Below are positions 32,105-43,500 of a DNA stretch of 64,000 bases, one piece after another (within the stretch, counting starts at the first letter, position 1; the number at the start of each line of letters is the position of its first letter). This DNA is from Carpediemonas membranifera BICM. Its lineage: Eukaryota; Protista; Fornicata. Under the pieces are notes generated by a model that did no database searches, was not told the DNA's origin, and was given only the letters and a program-made list of their open reading frames with translations. Position numbers and translations under genes: made by a program. The DNA is taken from assembly GCA_019828565.1 (NCBI GenBank), contig JAHDYR010000053.1, positions 346,214 through 410,213 on the forward strand, read 5' to 3'.

Positions 32105-33646
32105 TCAGACCTTTGGCTCCGTTACATCCAGCATGAACAGAGCAAGCGACACCCGCGTTGAAGCACGGTGGATTGCAGCCACACTCTTCTTTGCCGCCGC
32201 AATATCCGCGCTCCCCTCCACCGTAAGTTCCCTCAGACGTGCCATCTCACTCTCAACTCTGACTAAGAGATGAAGCATGCTCTCAGCCGCCCGCTCAAGC
32301 AGACACTCAAGAGCTAGCTCCTCGTCGATCGAGTAAATGTACAGGCTGCGGCCCGGGGCGTGGTCCGTGGTGCGAGGTACACTCTGCATCTTCATCAGCC
32401 CGTCGTTCATCAGTGCATGGGCTCTGGCGCTGACTTCCTTGGCTGGCAGGAGACACGCGTCCGCCATCTGCTTGAGCTCTGTCTGCTTCTTCTCCCGCAC
32501 GAAACGCCAGACTCTGACAGCTTCCCGGCCGTATCCCAGACGAATGAACTGATCAAACGCCCTTCCCCTCGCATGCTCCCATAAATCAGCCATGTTGATC
32601 GTGAGCTGGGTCCCCTCGTGTAGTGCCGATCCGTGCTCCGTCTGGATCACGCTGAAATCTGCCCAGTTGATCATGAACTTGATCATCTGTCGCAGTTTTT
32701 GCAGGTCGGACATGTCTTTCGTCTTCTCAGCCTCCGACTTCCTCGACCCTGTAGTGTCGACCGTGCTTTGAAGCTCCATCACTGTCTTGCCGAACAGACT
32801 GTCGCATAGACCATCGAGGGTGAGGCTCTGGCCAGGGGCTTCAAGGATGGCCCGGACAAGGCTGGGTGAGAGGTCGCGGTATTGGGGACCGGCGAAGAAG
32901 AGGTCGGCGACCATTGAGGTGATGATGTCGAGCTTCATGCACCTCATAAGAGAGTCTGTCGCCACCGTGAAGAGCACAGTCGGGTCGATCCGGGTGGTAG
33001 AGGTCTCGCCCTCCTCCGTCTCGTCCATCTCGGCTAGGTTGACCGCCACACGCTTGGTGGGTGCGGTGGACTTGCGGCCGAGAGTCTCTTTCTTGGACTT
33101 ATAGATGCGGAACAGGCCCTTGTCGACTGTTTCAGCACGTACAATGAAGCCCTTCGTGCTAAGGTTGGCAAATGCCTGCTGGGTGAGGCGCTCGAGGTCC
33201 ATGGAGAGACTCTCGAGGTCTGGAACGGTGCCTTCGAGCTTGCGGAGCTCTTCGAGGACATCGGCGACCGTCATCCGACCCTTATCGAGGATCATCTGGA
33301 AGACACGGGATGAAATACGGTTCAGCTCAGACCAGCGCATGCGCTCGAGCTCGTTAATAGCATCGTCGCGATCGGAATTGAGGCGATTCATGACGTTTGG
33401 AACGAAGAGATGGAAGTAGATGTTTGGAGTGACTACGATGTATCTGGGGTCATCAAACACTATCATTCCATGCTGCATGAGGCGTAGCATCAGCTGGCGG
33501 ATGACATTATACGCTAGACCAGTGTTTCGGCTCAAATCCTCAGTGTTGCTGCCAGGATTGTTTAGCAGAGACACAATGATATCTGCAGCTGACTTTCCAA
33601 GCCTATCAGACACAATACGCTCCAGAAGACGCGTCGTATACAGCAT
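32105..33646 (-). CDS. RPC3: RNA polymerase III subunit RPC3 (C82/RPC62)
   Basis: N-terminal winged helix LMQHGMI; YGREAVRVWR...KQTELKQM; QSVPRTTDHAPGRSLYIY. Confidence 0.85.
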   Translation of the reverse strand: MLYTTRLLERIVSDRLGKSAADIIVSLLNNPGSNTEDLSRNTGLAYNVIRQLMLRLMQHGMIVFDDPRYIVVTPNIYFHLFVPNVMNRLNSDRDDAINELERMRWSELNRISSRVFQMILDKGRMTVADVLEELRKLEGTVPDLESLSMDLERLTQQAFANLSTKGFIVRAETVDKGLFRIYKSKKETLGRKSTAPTKRVAVNLAEMDETEEGETSTTRIDPTVLFTVATDSLMRCMKLDIITSMVADLFFAGPQYRDLSPSLVRAILEAPGQSLTLDGLCDSLFGKTVMELQSTVDTTGSRKSEAEKTKDMSDLQKLRQMIKFMINWADFSVIQTEHGSALHEGTQLTINMADLWEHARGRAFDQFIRLGYGREAVRVWRFVREKKQTELKQMADACLLPAKEVSARAHALMNDGLMKMQSVPRTTDHAPGRSLYIYSIDEELALECLLERAAESMLHLLVRVESEMARLRELTVEGSADIAAAKKSVAAIHRASTRVSLALFMLDVTEPKV

Positions 33647-33856
33647 CTCGCCCTGTTTTGCGCGCCTACACGATGCTTGAACCTTAAGCTGCACTTTCCG
33701 TTCAAGAAGTCTGCCATAGACGATTGAGAGTCCTACTTTACTGCTTGCACTGTGCACTCTATGATACTTCAATTCAAGCCAGACGATGAGATGACGACGA
33801 GCCGGAGAAACACTCGGCAGAGCCTCACACCAGCCATATCCAGTATTTAAAAGCGT

Positions 33857-34694
33857 CTATTGGCTCAGATAGCCCCCGAACATCTTGGATGCGTAGACAA
33901 GGCCGACGAGCGACGTGAAGGGCACGACGACGATGTACACGACCGGGATGAACTGCGAGATGAAGAACCCAGCGAGGTTGATGCCGCAAACGATGAGCAT
34001 CATCTGCCAGTTCCGGAGACCGCCCATGACGGAGAGCTTGACGACGGCAAAGAGGCCAAGGGTGGGCTGGCCAGCCATGAGGTACATGAATGATCCGTTG
34101 ATGAAGCAGAGGAGGATGGGGATGACCCAGATGAGGGGGAAGATGATGATGAAGGGCAGGATAGCGACGACAAAGACGGCGGTCTGGTAGTAGAGGAAGT
34201 GGGGAATGAACTCGGTGGGGGGGAGGAACCAGTCCTTGCCGAGGGGCACGCGCTCGCCACGGAGGCATCGGATGAGGGAAAGGTGGGCTGTGCCGTTGAG
34301 GATCATGAAGACAGCGCCGAGGGCAATAGTGGCGACGAGGAAAACGAGGACGAGGATGATGCGCCACAGGAGGAGGAGGGAGGGGAATGAGATGGCGTTA
34401 AGGAACCAGTCAACGGCGGCGTTGAGAAGAAGGCCGACGACGGCAAGGGCGACAAAGCCTGCGATAACACCGTACTGGGCGCCATAGGCGGCAAGATAGG
34501 TGACGATTCCGGGGCTAGGAGCGATAAGGGCCTTACCGCAATCAGTAATATCTTCAATGCTGAGCTGGAAAGTGGTAATGTCGGCCTCAGTGATCTTCCT
34601 GTCCGTCTCCAGACGGAATGGACTGAAATAAGAAAAGGGAATGCTATACAAACATGCCAGTATCGCCATCAGTTGTTGCGTATGCTGTGTTCAT
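33857..34694 (-). CDS. Multi-pass membrane protein; intron 34623-34653
   Basis: Several TM helices; a GTTTGT...TCAG intron gives start MNTAYATT. Confidence 0.7.
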
Positions 34695-34717
34695 CGAGAT
34701 TAACAAGTTGATCTCAA

Positions 34718-35245
34718 TGTTGCGCAGTATAAACACATTGTTCGAACCTCCAGACAGGGCCTGAAAGGAACGATCAAAGTGCCAAACTGTACAACATCAT
34801 CCGTCCGTAGACGAATGTTGGCGGTTAGCCAATTGATGATACTGGAATGATGTTGGAAGGCGCGTGATCGATGTGCGACTGAACGGAGAGCCACTGAGCT
34901 CATCTTCCGTGGCAAGAGAACGCCACAGGATGTTCTCTGCAGCACTCTTGTCCCGATGATCAACATTCAGAGCAGCTGGTCATTGATGAAGATGACATAT
35001 AAGAGCCGACGATGAACACCATTACCAGCATATACAAGTGTAGAAGTGAATTTAATGTGGAATAGAAGACAATGAGACGACGTGTGAGCGATTGTGAAGT
35101 TTGCAGCTGTGCTGACGTCCACGAAGAAGACGCTTTGTGGAAGCCCTGGAGAAGACGATCTCCCTACCGACTTAAGACGTGAGTAGGAGGGAGACAGGGC
35201 AGTGTTGCGCTGTATAAACACATTGTTTGACCCTTCAATAGCACA
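34718..35245 (+). mobile_element. Element C: non-coding, TRIM-like or deleted LTR element (5' LTR about 34718-34756, degenerate; 3' LTR 35203-35245)
   Basis: Direct repeats TGTTGCGC[A/T]GTATAAACACATTGTT[C/T]GA; PPT 35181-35202; TSD CTCAA at 34713-34717 and 44360-44364 (right copy split by element A). Confidence 0.8.
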
Positions 35246-35248
35246 CTC

Positions 35249-35335
35249 TGTTGTGATTTCGTAATCAGTTGATGTGTATTTAGTGTGTGTATTTAATCTA
35301 AATGAAGTACCATCCACAGCGCTTTATACGCCAAA
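35249..35335 (+). repeat. Element A 5' LTR (87 bp)
   Basis: Identical to 44271-44357. Confidence 0.95.
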
Positions 35336-35351
35336 TTGATCAATTTGAGCT

Positions 35352-35937
35352 ATGCAGTCCGATTATGACGCTCGTATAGCGGCACTAGAAGAGACTATAG
35401 GTAATCTGGTCACTCTCGTGAGTTCTCTCGCGAAGAAGCCCGATGTTCGTGCCCATGATGTCCCTGATTCGGATTCCACGCTTGATTCTTCATGCCTTGA
35501 GTCTTTCGAGACTATCTTTAAGCTCTTCCCCTGCGACTTCAAGCCGGGATCGATCGAACGCCAGATTTTCCATTGCGCTCTCCCCTCCTCGAAGGAAGGG
35601 TGGTTCCGCTTGATCCTCGACTATGACGCACACCTTATCAAGCATCCCAATGTTGCTTCGATCGCCGCTTCGTTGCTCCCTCATTTGGGGACCATCTCCC
35701 TACTGCCTCAATTCACCAGGGTCTCTGCCGTCCTTAAGCTCGCCCAGGGCAAAGAGGCTTACGTCACTCCGGAGAGTGAGGTCACTTACACCCAAGCTCG
35801 GGACAGTCTGAACGAAGCTCTGAATTCCCTTATCTCTCAGGCCGTGTTGCCCGACGACAATCTCATCGTCGAGGCTTGGCTCTCCAAGTTCTTGGAAGCC
35901 GCTAAGCCTTCAGCAACCGCCAACTCGATCGCCCTTG
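35352..35937 (+). CDS. Element A gag, N-terminal part (joins 40525 after removing B)
   Basis: Removing B and one CTTG restores the frame ...NSIAL-AKFAHRV... Confidence 0.9.
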
Positions 35938-35998
35938 TGTCATAAGGCATCCACGTCCGCAGTTTATGTAAATGTTCCAATCTCTTCGCCCCGGCACA
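35938..35998 (+). repeat. Element B 5' LTR (61 bp)
   Basis: Identical to 40460-40520; contains GTAAAT at 35968-35973. Confidence 0.95.
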
Positions 35999-36014
35999 GT
36001 GATCACTTTCCGAA

Positions 36015-37625
36015 ATGAATAATTGGATTCCGCCATCACTATCGGACTTCTCTAGAGAGTCCGTTCGCGCGTTCAAACGCGCCCTCACGTTCGCGCAGAA
36101 GCATGCTCCTACCACAACCGTCATAACGGCTTACGAGTGCCTCACCGAGGATCAAGTCAGTCATGTCCGATTTGTCCGCAACGTCGACGTCGAAGCACTC
36201 AACGACGCAGAACTTCTCGCCGAAATCACCGCTCTTTCTTTCCCGAGAACCCTTGAGAAAACCATCCAAGAAATCCGGGCCCTCACGCAGGACCGAACCA
36301 AGTCCACGATCGAGGCCGTATCTCGTCTCATGGCTGAGACCGAGGAGCTGCGCTCCCACGCCCATGCCCTTCTCAACGCCGAGCTCGGCGCCAAGCCAGA
36401 GCCCGAGCCCGCCGAGGTGGATGAAGACGAGGCCGCCCTCAGCAAGGTCATCACCCAGAAGCCAGACAGCACGCCGAGTGAGCAGGACACCCCGAGAAAA
36501 GCCAGCCCCACCCGCGGACTCGATAAGATCATCGCCAAAGCTTTTATCGCCGCCCTTCGCCCGGTCTCACTTGCCAACCGTATTCAGCAAAAGTGGGACC
36601 TCTCTGGCGCCCGGGACATCGATAGCTTATTTGTGCACACGCGCGAGCTCATACTGCACGCCATTGACGCCCGTGAAGTCCTCGGAAGCGTGATTCAAGA
36701 CATATCCATCACATCCTCCAGCACGAGCTCCATCACGAGCTCCAGCACTGGCCCGAAACATAGCCAGAACGCCAACACCAGATCCCGCCGCGAGCGCCGG
36801 CGCCCTCCTCCATACGCGTGCTCCTGTGGAGGCATGCACTGGAAGGCTGATTGCCCGCACCGCGGCAGCACGCCCGGACAGCCCCAGGCTACCAAAGGCC
36901 ACCCCGCCGCGGCCCGCGACGCCAGACCGGCACATCAGCCGCAACGCCAGCCCCAAGCGGCCAACAAACCGGCCCAGCCACAGCCGGCACCAGCTGCTCA
37001 GAAGCAGCAGCAACAGTCATCCCAGCAGCCACAGCCTCGCCCCGACGAGAGACGCGCTGGGAACATGGTGCTCCGGGACAGATCCAAGCTGATCAACTCT
37101 CGTCCAGGAGTCCACGAAGTCGAAGTCGCACACAATGCTTGTGATGATGCCTTTATCGAAGAAGTTGCCGCTTCAACTGCATTCTCAGTTAAGGGAGCTG
37201 TGAATGACCAAGAACAGGTGATATTGATCGATAGCGGCTCCGCAATCACGATCATCTCCACAACCTCCGTTAAGACGCTCCAACTCGTCACACATGAGCT
37301 TGAAAAGCCATTTACTGTTCAGTCCGTTACCAATGAGCCCATCCTCATCACTCACTACGTCCAAGCGCGGATCACGTTGCCCAGCACATCTGGAAACGTC
37401 ATCGTCGATCTCATCCTCTACATCATGACGCGCGCCACTGAACGTGTGCTCATTGGATGCGACGTGCTTCGCGCGCTCGGTTATCTCTCCGAGAGTGGCC
37501 TCCACATCCCACTTCTTCCGGATTCACGCCCGGAGGACGCCACCGATGGCCTCCCACTCCACAAGTACCTCGACGCCCCCCGTCGAGGCCGTCTCCTCAA
37601 GCGAGTTTCACACCGACGCGTGTGA
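36015..37625 (+). CDS. Element B gag-protease
   Basis: Zn knuckle variant CSCGGMHWKADC; aspartic protease ILIDSGS...VLIGCDVL. Confidence 0.9.
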   Translation: MNNWIPPSLSDFSRESVRAFKRALTFAQKHAPTTTVITAYECLTEDQVSHVRFVRNVDVEALNDAELLAEITALSFPRTLEKTIQEIRALTQDRTKSTIEAVSRLMAETEELRSHAHALLNAELGAKPEPEPAEVDEDEAALSKVITQKPDSTPSEQDTPRKASPTRGLDKIIAKAFIAALRPVSLANRIQQKWDLSGARDIDSLFVHTRELILHAIDAREVLGSVIQDISITSSSTSSITSSSTGPKHSQNANTRSRRERRRPPPYACSCGGMHWKADCPHRGSTPGQPQATKGHPAAARDARPAHQPQRQPQAANKPAQPQPAPAAQKQQQQSSQQPQPRPDERRAGNMVLRDRSKLINSRPGVHEVEVAHNACDDAFIEEVAASTAFSVKGAVNDQEQVILIDSGSAITIISTTSVKTLQLVTHELEKPFTVQSVTNEPILITHYVQARITLPSTSGNVIVDLILYIMTRATERVLIGCDVLRALGYLSESGLHIPLLPDSRPEDATDGLPLHKYLDAPRRGRLLKRVSHRRV

Positions 37626-40467
37626 GATACACGAGCTCTCCACCAAGGCCCAGACCGACGAGCTACATTCGATCCTCCGTCGGTTCGATCACCTATTCGA
37701 CCCCGTCATAAGCAAACAGCCGTGCTCGTTTGCCCCTATGCGCATCCCGCTTTACGACAACGCCCCTCCGATCCGTCTTCGCCCGCGCAACCTACACCCG
37801 AAGAAGCTGGAGTGGCTGTTGCCATACGTCGAGCGCCTGCGCCAGGACGAGATCACACAGCCCTCTGAGGGGCCTTACGCAAGCCCCATCGTCCTGGTCG
37901 CAAAGGGCGACGCCTACCGTCTCTGTATCGACTACGGCCGCCTCAACTCTTGGACAGTACCCGACCGGCACCCGATCCCCAACATGCGAGAACTCCTCAA
38001 CCTCGCGTCGGGCTGCACACGCTTTGCGACGCTAGACCTGACGTCGGGCTACTGGCAGGTGGCCATGCACCCAGACGACGTGCCTAAGACGGCCTTCACC
38101 GCCCCGGGCGTCTACGAGGAATTCCTCAGGATGCCGTTCGGCCTTTGCAACGCGCCTTCTCACTTCCAGCGGGAGATCGAAGGCATGCTCGCCCCACTGT
38201 TGTACAAGGGCGCCAACCCCTACATCGACGACATATTCATCTACGCCCGTGACGATGACTCCTTCCTACGCATTCTCCGCGACCTGCTCACACGCGCGGA
38301 CGCTGCAGGCGTTCAGTTCAGCGCCAAGAAGGGAGTCTTCGGCACCACCAGCGCCAAGATTGTCGGCTTTACGGTCGACCAGGCCGGAGTACACGTCGAC
38401 CCAGCCAGGACCCAAGCCCTACGCGATCTACCTGCACCCACCAACGTCCACGAGCTTCGCGTAGTCCTCGGACAGTTCCAGTACCTCGCATCATTCGTTC
38501 CCCATACACGACACGAGTACATGAGACCTCTCAACGATCTTCTGCAAAAGGACCGTCTGTGGGAATGGACAGCGGAGCACGACGCCGCTTTCGACGGCCT
38601 GAAGACCCTGTTCACTGACGATCTCTTTATCGCACATCCGGACGCCGACGCCGACTGGACGCTCGAGACAGACGCTAGCAACATCGGAGCAGGCGGCGTA
38701 CTATGGCAGACAAAGGACGACAAGACACAGGTCCTCGCCTACTTCTCTCACACATTCACGTCAACCCAGTCGCGCTGGGCCACGTGTGAGCAGGAGCTAT
38801 TTGCCATTGTCTTTTGCCTTACACACCCGACCCTGTCACCCCTCCTACGCCTGAAGAGGTTCCTCCTACGGACCGACCACCGTAATCTTATTTACATGAT
38901 CGCCAAGTCATCCGAGAACGACAAGATCAACCGGTGGAGACTGACATTAGCAGACTACAAGTTCGATGTCGAGCACGTTCCCGGCCTACAGAACGCAGTC
39001 GCAGACGCGCTGAGCCGCTGCGGTCACTCGACCTCGCCCACTGTCGCAGCCATCACGACTGACTCCCGCTACCATGACACACTCATCAAACACCAGACAG
39101 ACGACTCTACCGTCTCCAAGCTGACCGTAGACAGCGACGGTCTTCGCCGCAAGGACGGCCTCGTCGTCATCCCTACTTCAACCGTGTGCAGACCCCTCCG
39201 AAAGGAGCTGATACAGATCGCCCACAGAGGACACCACGGCGCCAAGGCTACCATCGAACGCCTGAGAGCAGACGGCTATACCTGGACAGGCTGCACAACA
39301 GATGTCGAGGAGTTCATCGCCTCATGTGACGAGTGCCAGAAAGCTCGCCTACGCAACTTCGCCGAGGCAGAGCTCCGCACAACAGCAGTGTACAAACCGT
39401 TCCACACTGTCGCAGTGGATACTATTGGTCCAATCCCGGCAGACGCAGTCGGCTCCAGATACATCACAGTTATGGTCGATATGTTTACTCGCTACACTGA
39501 GTTGGCCGCGACGGACGAGAACACAGCTGATGCAGCGTCAGAGGCCCTCTGGCGCCAGGTGATTACCCGTCATGGGACTCCCCTGTTCATCAAGTCCGAC
39601 AACGGGCCTGAGTTCACCGGCAACGTCGTCAAGGCCCTGCTCGAAAGCGCGGACATCACCCAGCAATTCACCCTCCCCTACCACCCTCAGTCGAATGGGC
39701 TGGTAGAGCGTCGTAACGCGGAGGTCATGAAGCATCTTCGCTGTTTGATCCTCCAATCCGACAAGTTCTCCCGTTGGAGCGACCTCCTTCCGGTAGTTCA
39801 GCTGCTGCTGAACACAACCACCTGCAGCGCCACTGGGGTCACACCCCACGCCATGCTGTATGGAGACCAACTCGACCCCAGCTCCACAGTCGCTAGAATC
39901 CTCCGACCGAGCGACAATGACTCGCCCCTTGCCTCAGCCTCAGCCTACATCACTTTACTTCGAGCCCACCTCTCCAAGTTGACCTCTAGGGCGGCCGAGA
40001 AGCAGCGCGAGACTGTAGACAAGCGCCTCGCCAAGGCCAACGCCGACCGCCAGCCGACTAGCTTCAAGGAAGGCGACCTCGTCCTGCTCAACCGGACGAA
40101 GACCCCAAAGCTGCATGGCTTCGCCGGCCCGTTCAAGATTCTCGCCATCAAGGACAACAACACCCTTCAGCTGGTCGACCTTTTCGAGAGCGCCCCCTTC
40201 ATGGCTCACGTAGACCAGGTCCTTCCTTTCAACACCAAGTCGGGGCTCAGCCGCCTGAAGAACCTCGCCGCCTCCGACGAGCAGACGTACGTCGTGCAAG
40301 GCATCGAGAAGCACCGTCGCCGCAACGGCACACTGCAGCTCCTCGTCTGCTGGGAGGGCGACTACGATCCCACATGGGAACCCGCTGACGGGCTCCGCCA
40401 CGTCACTGCGGCACGTGACTACCTCAAGTCCCACAAGCTCAAGCTTAAGGGGGGTAGGATGTCATAA
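37582..40467 (+). CDS. Element B pol: RT, RNase H, integrase, chromodomain
   Basis: LDLTSGYWQ, MPFGLCNAP, YIDD; TDAS RNase H; HH-CC and D-D35-E integrase; GPF motif; YVVQGIEKH...WEG...TWEP chromodomain. The start given is the inferred frame junction. Confidence 0.95.
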   Translation, partial: VEAVSSSEFHTDACEIHELSTKAQTDELHSILRRFDHLFDPVISKQPCSFAPMRIPLYDNAPPIRLRPRNLHPKKLEWLLPYVERLRQDEITQPSEGPYASPIVLVAKGDAYRLCIDYGRLNSWTVPDRHPIPNMRELLNLASGCTRFATLDLTSGYWQVAMHPDDVPKTAFTAPGVYEEFLRMPFGLCNAPSHFQREIEGMLAPLLYKGANPYIDDIFIYARDDDSFLRILRDLLTRADAAGVQFSAKKGVFGTTSAKIVGFTVDQAGVHVDPARTQALRDLPAPTNVHELRVVLGQFQYLASFVPHTRHEYMRPLNDLLQKDRLWEWTAEHDAAFDGLKTLFTDDLFIAHPDADADWTLETDASNIGAGGVLWQTKDDKTQVLAYFSHTFTSTQSRWATCEQELFAIVFCLTHPTLSPLLRLKRFLLRTDHRNLIYMIAKSSENDKINRWRLTLADYKFDVEHVPGLQNAVADALSRCGHSTSPTVAAITTDSRYHDTLIKHQTDDSTVSKLTVDSDGLRRKDGLVVIPTSTVCRPLRKELIQIAHRGHHGAKATIERLRADGYTWTGCTTDVEEFIASCDECQKARLRNFAEAELRTTAVYKPFHTVAVDTIGPIPADAVGSRYITVMVDMFTRYTELAATDENTADAASEALWRQVITRHGTPLFIKSDNGPEFTGNVVKALLESADITQQFTLPYHPQSNGLVERRNAEVMKHLRCLILQSDKFSRWSDLLPVVQLLLNTTTCSATGVTPHAMLYGDQLDPSSTVARILRPSDNDSPLASASAYITLLRAHLSKLTSRAAEKQRETVDKRLAKANADRQPTSFKEGDLVLLNRTKTPKLHGFAGPFKILAIKDNNTLQLVDLFESAPFMAHVDQVLPFNTKSGLSRLKNLAASDEQTYVVQGIEKHRRRNGTLQLLVCWEGDYDPTWEPADGLRHVTAARDYLKSHKLKLKGGRMS

Positions 40468-40520
40468 GGCATCCACGTCCGCAGTTTATGTAAATGTTCC
40501 AATCTCTTCGCCCCGGCACA
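40460..40520 (+). repeat. Element B 3' LTR
   Basis: Identical to 35938-35998. Confidence 0.95.
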
Positions 40521-40524
40521 CTTG

Positions 40525-43500
40525 CGAAGTTTGCGCACCGTGTATCACTCATCGTCCGCATCCTAGGCATGCGAGACTCCTACTCCGAGAAGGCTCTCTC
40601 CTCTGTTATCAAGGCCACCTTGCCGAAGACCCTACAAGCCCATTGGTCCCGGATTGCCCGTTTAGGCAAGTCTGCTTTCGATGAAATCCTGGCAGACATG
40701 GTCGCCAACGAGGAACGACTCGAAGATGCTCGCGTCCTTGTGGATACTCGCGCTCGACTCATTGAGTTTGAGACATCGTCGACTGTCAAGCCTGACAGTT
40801 CCTCTGCCAAGAAGCCTGAACCCTTCGTTCCCACGGTCAAGCCCAAGCCCGAGGTTCATCAAACTGGTCCCTCCTCGGCCCAGACTCAGGTTGTCGCACC
40901 CACTGGTCAAACCTCTGCTAAGGGTTCGTCCACTGTCATCGCTGATCTCACTGACAAGTCGGTCAGTCCCGGCGAGGGCTTCGTGTGGTGTCCATTCCAC
41001 AAGAAGTGGGGTAAGCACTCGACTGACAAGTGTTATCTGAACCCGAACCCTCCGGAGCGCGGCCATTCGAACGCCATCGGTACTCATAGCCAGCCCGCCA
41101 ACGTTGTCATAACGATCGATGGTCACGAGACCCACCTCCCCGCCCTTGCTGATCAGTGCAGTGAGGCTTCTTACCTACGTCTGCGTGAGTGGTCTGATAT
41201 GACTAAGGACCTATTCCCGGCAACTCGTCCCTCGGGACACATCATGATCTCCGCCAACAACTCCGAGACGATGGCCCTCTTCGATGCGAAGTTACTGATA
41301 ACGCACAAGAGACCCGGCTGCGTTCCTTCCGCTATCTCCGAGACATGTGTGGTGCATGTGATGCCGGACTTGAATGTCCCTCTCATCCTCTCTGAGGAGA
41401 TCTCGTCTCACTTGGGGCTCCTCAACCCCGACGCGGTTACACTTGGTCGTCCCGAAACCTCTGACGCTTCACACGATCCCCTTGCAGACATTCCTTCTTC
41501 TGTCGACTCATTAATCGAGACTGCTACTGCGGACACGATTCCTGCTATAAAGCAGCGTGTCTGTTCCCTTTTGAATCGGTATCGAGAGTTGTTTGAGAAG
41601 CCAGACTCCCTCCCAGCCAAGGCCAGGCCCATGATAGTGAGGCTGCGGGAAGGTGCCGAACCGGTTGCCGCGAAGCCCTACAACATGTCCAAGCCTCTGA
41701 GAGAGATGACCGACGACATCATCGACGACCTTCTCGCTCGCGACATTATCGAGCGCAGCTCGTCCCCCTGGGCCTCGCCTCTTTTCTATGTTCACCAGAA
41801 GGATAAGGAGAGAATGGTCTTGGATTATGTTCAAGTCAACGCCGTGACGGTGCCGGAACCCGTGCCTCTCCAAGGCTGCGATACCTTGCTAAGACAGGCT
41901 GCCGGTATGAAGTACTTTGCCTCATTAGACCTCCGTTCCGGGTACCACCAGTTCGAGCTGCACGAAGACTCTCGCTACCTGACTTCCTTCGTCTGCCACA
42001 GCGGGCAATTCCAGTTCAAGCGGATCCCATTTGGCCTAATGAACGCCCCCGGCCATTTCCAGAAGGTGATGTTGGAGATCTTTGATGACATCGTGAGAGA
42101 GCGACGCTTGATCATCTACGTTGATGACCTACTGGTAGTCGGCCGGAATGCCGAGGAATTCCTCGAGAACTTGGAGGCTGTCTTGGACCGCCTCGTCTCT
42201 CACCATCTCCGTTTGTCCGGAAACAAGTGCAAGTTCGGCACTGACTCGGCTCGTTTCTTGGGTTTCATCGTGAACGAGAGTGGCATGACTATCGACCCGG
42301 ACAGATTGCTGGATATCGACAACCTGCAGGAGCCTAGATCTCTCTCTGAGTTGCGCGCGATCCTCGGCATATTCAACTATTGTCGTCAATTCGTTCCCCG
42401 ATATACTGAGGTCGCCCATCCTCTCTTGCGCCTACTCAAGGAGACCCCCGTTCCCTTCTCTCTGGACGACTCAGCCCGCGAAGCTCTGTCCGATCTGAAA
42501 GAGATTCTCCGGAATGCGGACATGCTTCATCATCCTGACTATAACCATCCCCTTAGACTCCAGACCGATGCTTCGGGCTATGGACTCGGCGCCGTTTTGT
42601 ACCAAGTCATTGATGGCGAGACCCGCTTCATTTCTTTCTTCTCTCGTGCCCTCTCCGGCTCGCAGTTGAGCTGGTCTATAACTGAGAAGGAGGCTGCTGC
42701 CCTCTACGAAGCCGTCTTGAAGTTCGACAGTTTCCTCAGAGGAACTTCCTTTGTTGCTGAGGTTGACCATAAGAACCTCACCTTCTTGACTGCTAGCAAG
42801 TCGGAGAAGGTCAACAGATGGAAGAACAGACTAGGAGAGTACATGTTCGAGATCGCTTACATCCCCGGAGAGACTAATGTCCTTGCTGACACTCTGTCTA
42901 GGATGTTCCAACCGAAAACTTCCTTCTGTAACGCTGTCCAGTCTCGCCTCCCCGTTCTATCTCAAGAGGAGAAGGTTGATCTATTCCGCAAGGTCCACGG
43001 CAACGCTCTTAGCGGTCACAAGGGAGTAGCCGCCACTGTTCAGACCCTCAAAGACCTAGGCCACGAGTGGGAGAACATGTCTTCGGATGCGGCTACCTTC
43101 ATTTCCAGCTGTGGCATCTGTCAGAAATTCCGTCTCCAGAAGACTGTCAAGACGCAACTTGGCCACCTTGTCACCGACACCCCTTTTCACACGGTGTCTA
43201 TCGATGCCATTGGTCCCCTGCCAGTAGACGAGTCGTCTGGATCCAAATATGTGCTGACAATTATTGACAACTTCACAAGATGGGTCGAGCTGGTCCCACT
43301 GAGTGACCTTGGCGCTCTCAGCGCTGCCGAGGCCTTGGTGGAAAGAGTGTACTCACGTCACGGTTTGCCCCACTTTTTGCACTCCGACAACGGCTCCCAG
43401 TTCGTCAACGACACCATTGCTGCGTTGAACCGGTCTCTGCATATCGAACACACCACCATTTTCCCTTACGTCTCCCAGCAGAACGGTATAGCTGAAAGGG

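Larger units (their letters stand above)
35938..40520 (+). mobile_element. Element B: Ty3/gypsy chromovirus, 4583 bp, 61-bp identical LTRs
   Basis: LTRs 35938-35998 and 40460-40520, TG...CA; TSD CTTG 35934-35937 / 40521-40524; PPT 40447-40459. Confidence 0.96.

Noticed and set aside
35336-35351. Degenerate tRNA-iMet PBS (TGGTATCAGAGC) or classical Tf1 self-priming
   Set aside because: It lacks TGG and needs gaps to align. The best LTR-internal complement is only about 7 bp with a wobble in A, and I see none in B.
40494-40524. Listed start of the 1178-aa ORF (MFQSLRPGT)
   Set aside because: It lies within element B's 3' LTR. The true start of A is 35352.
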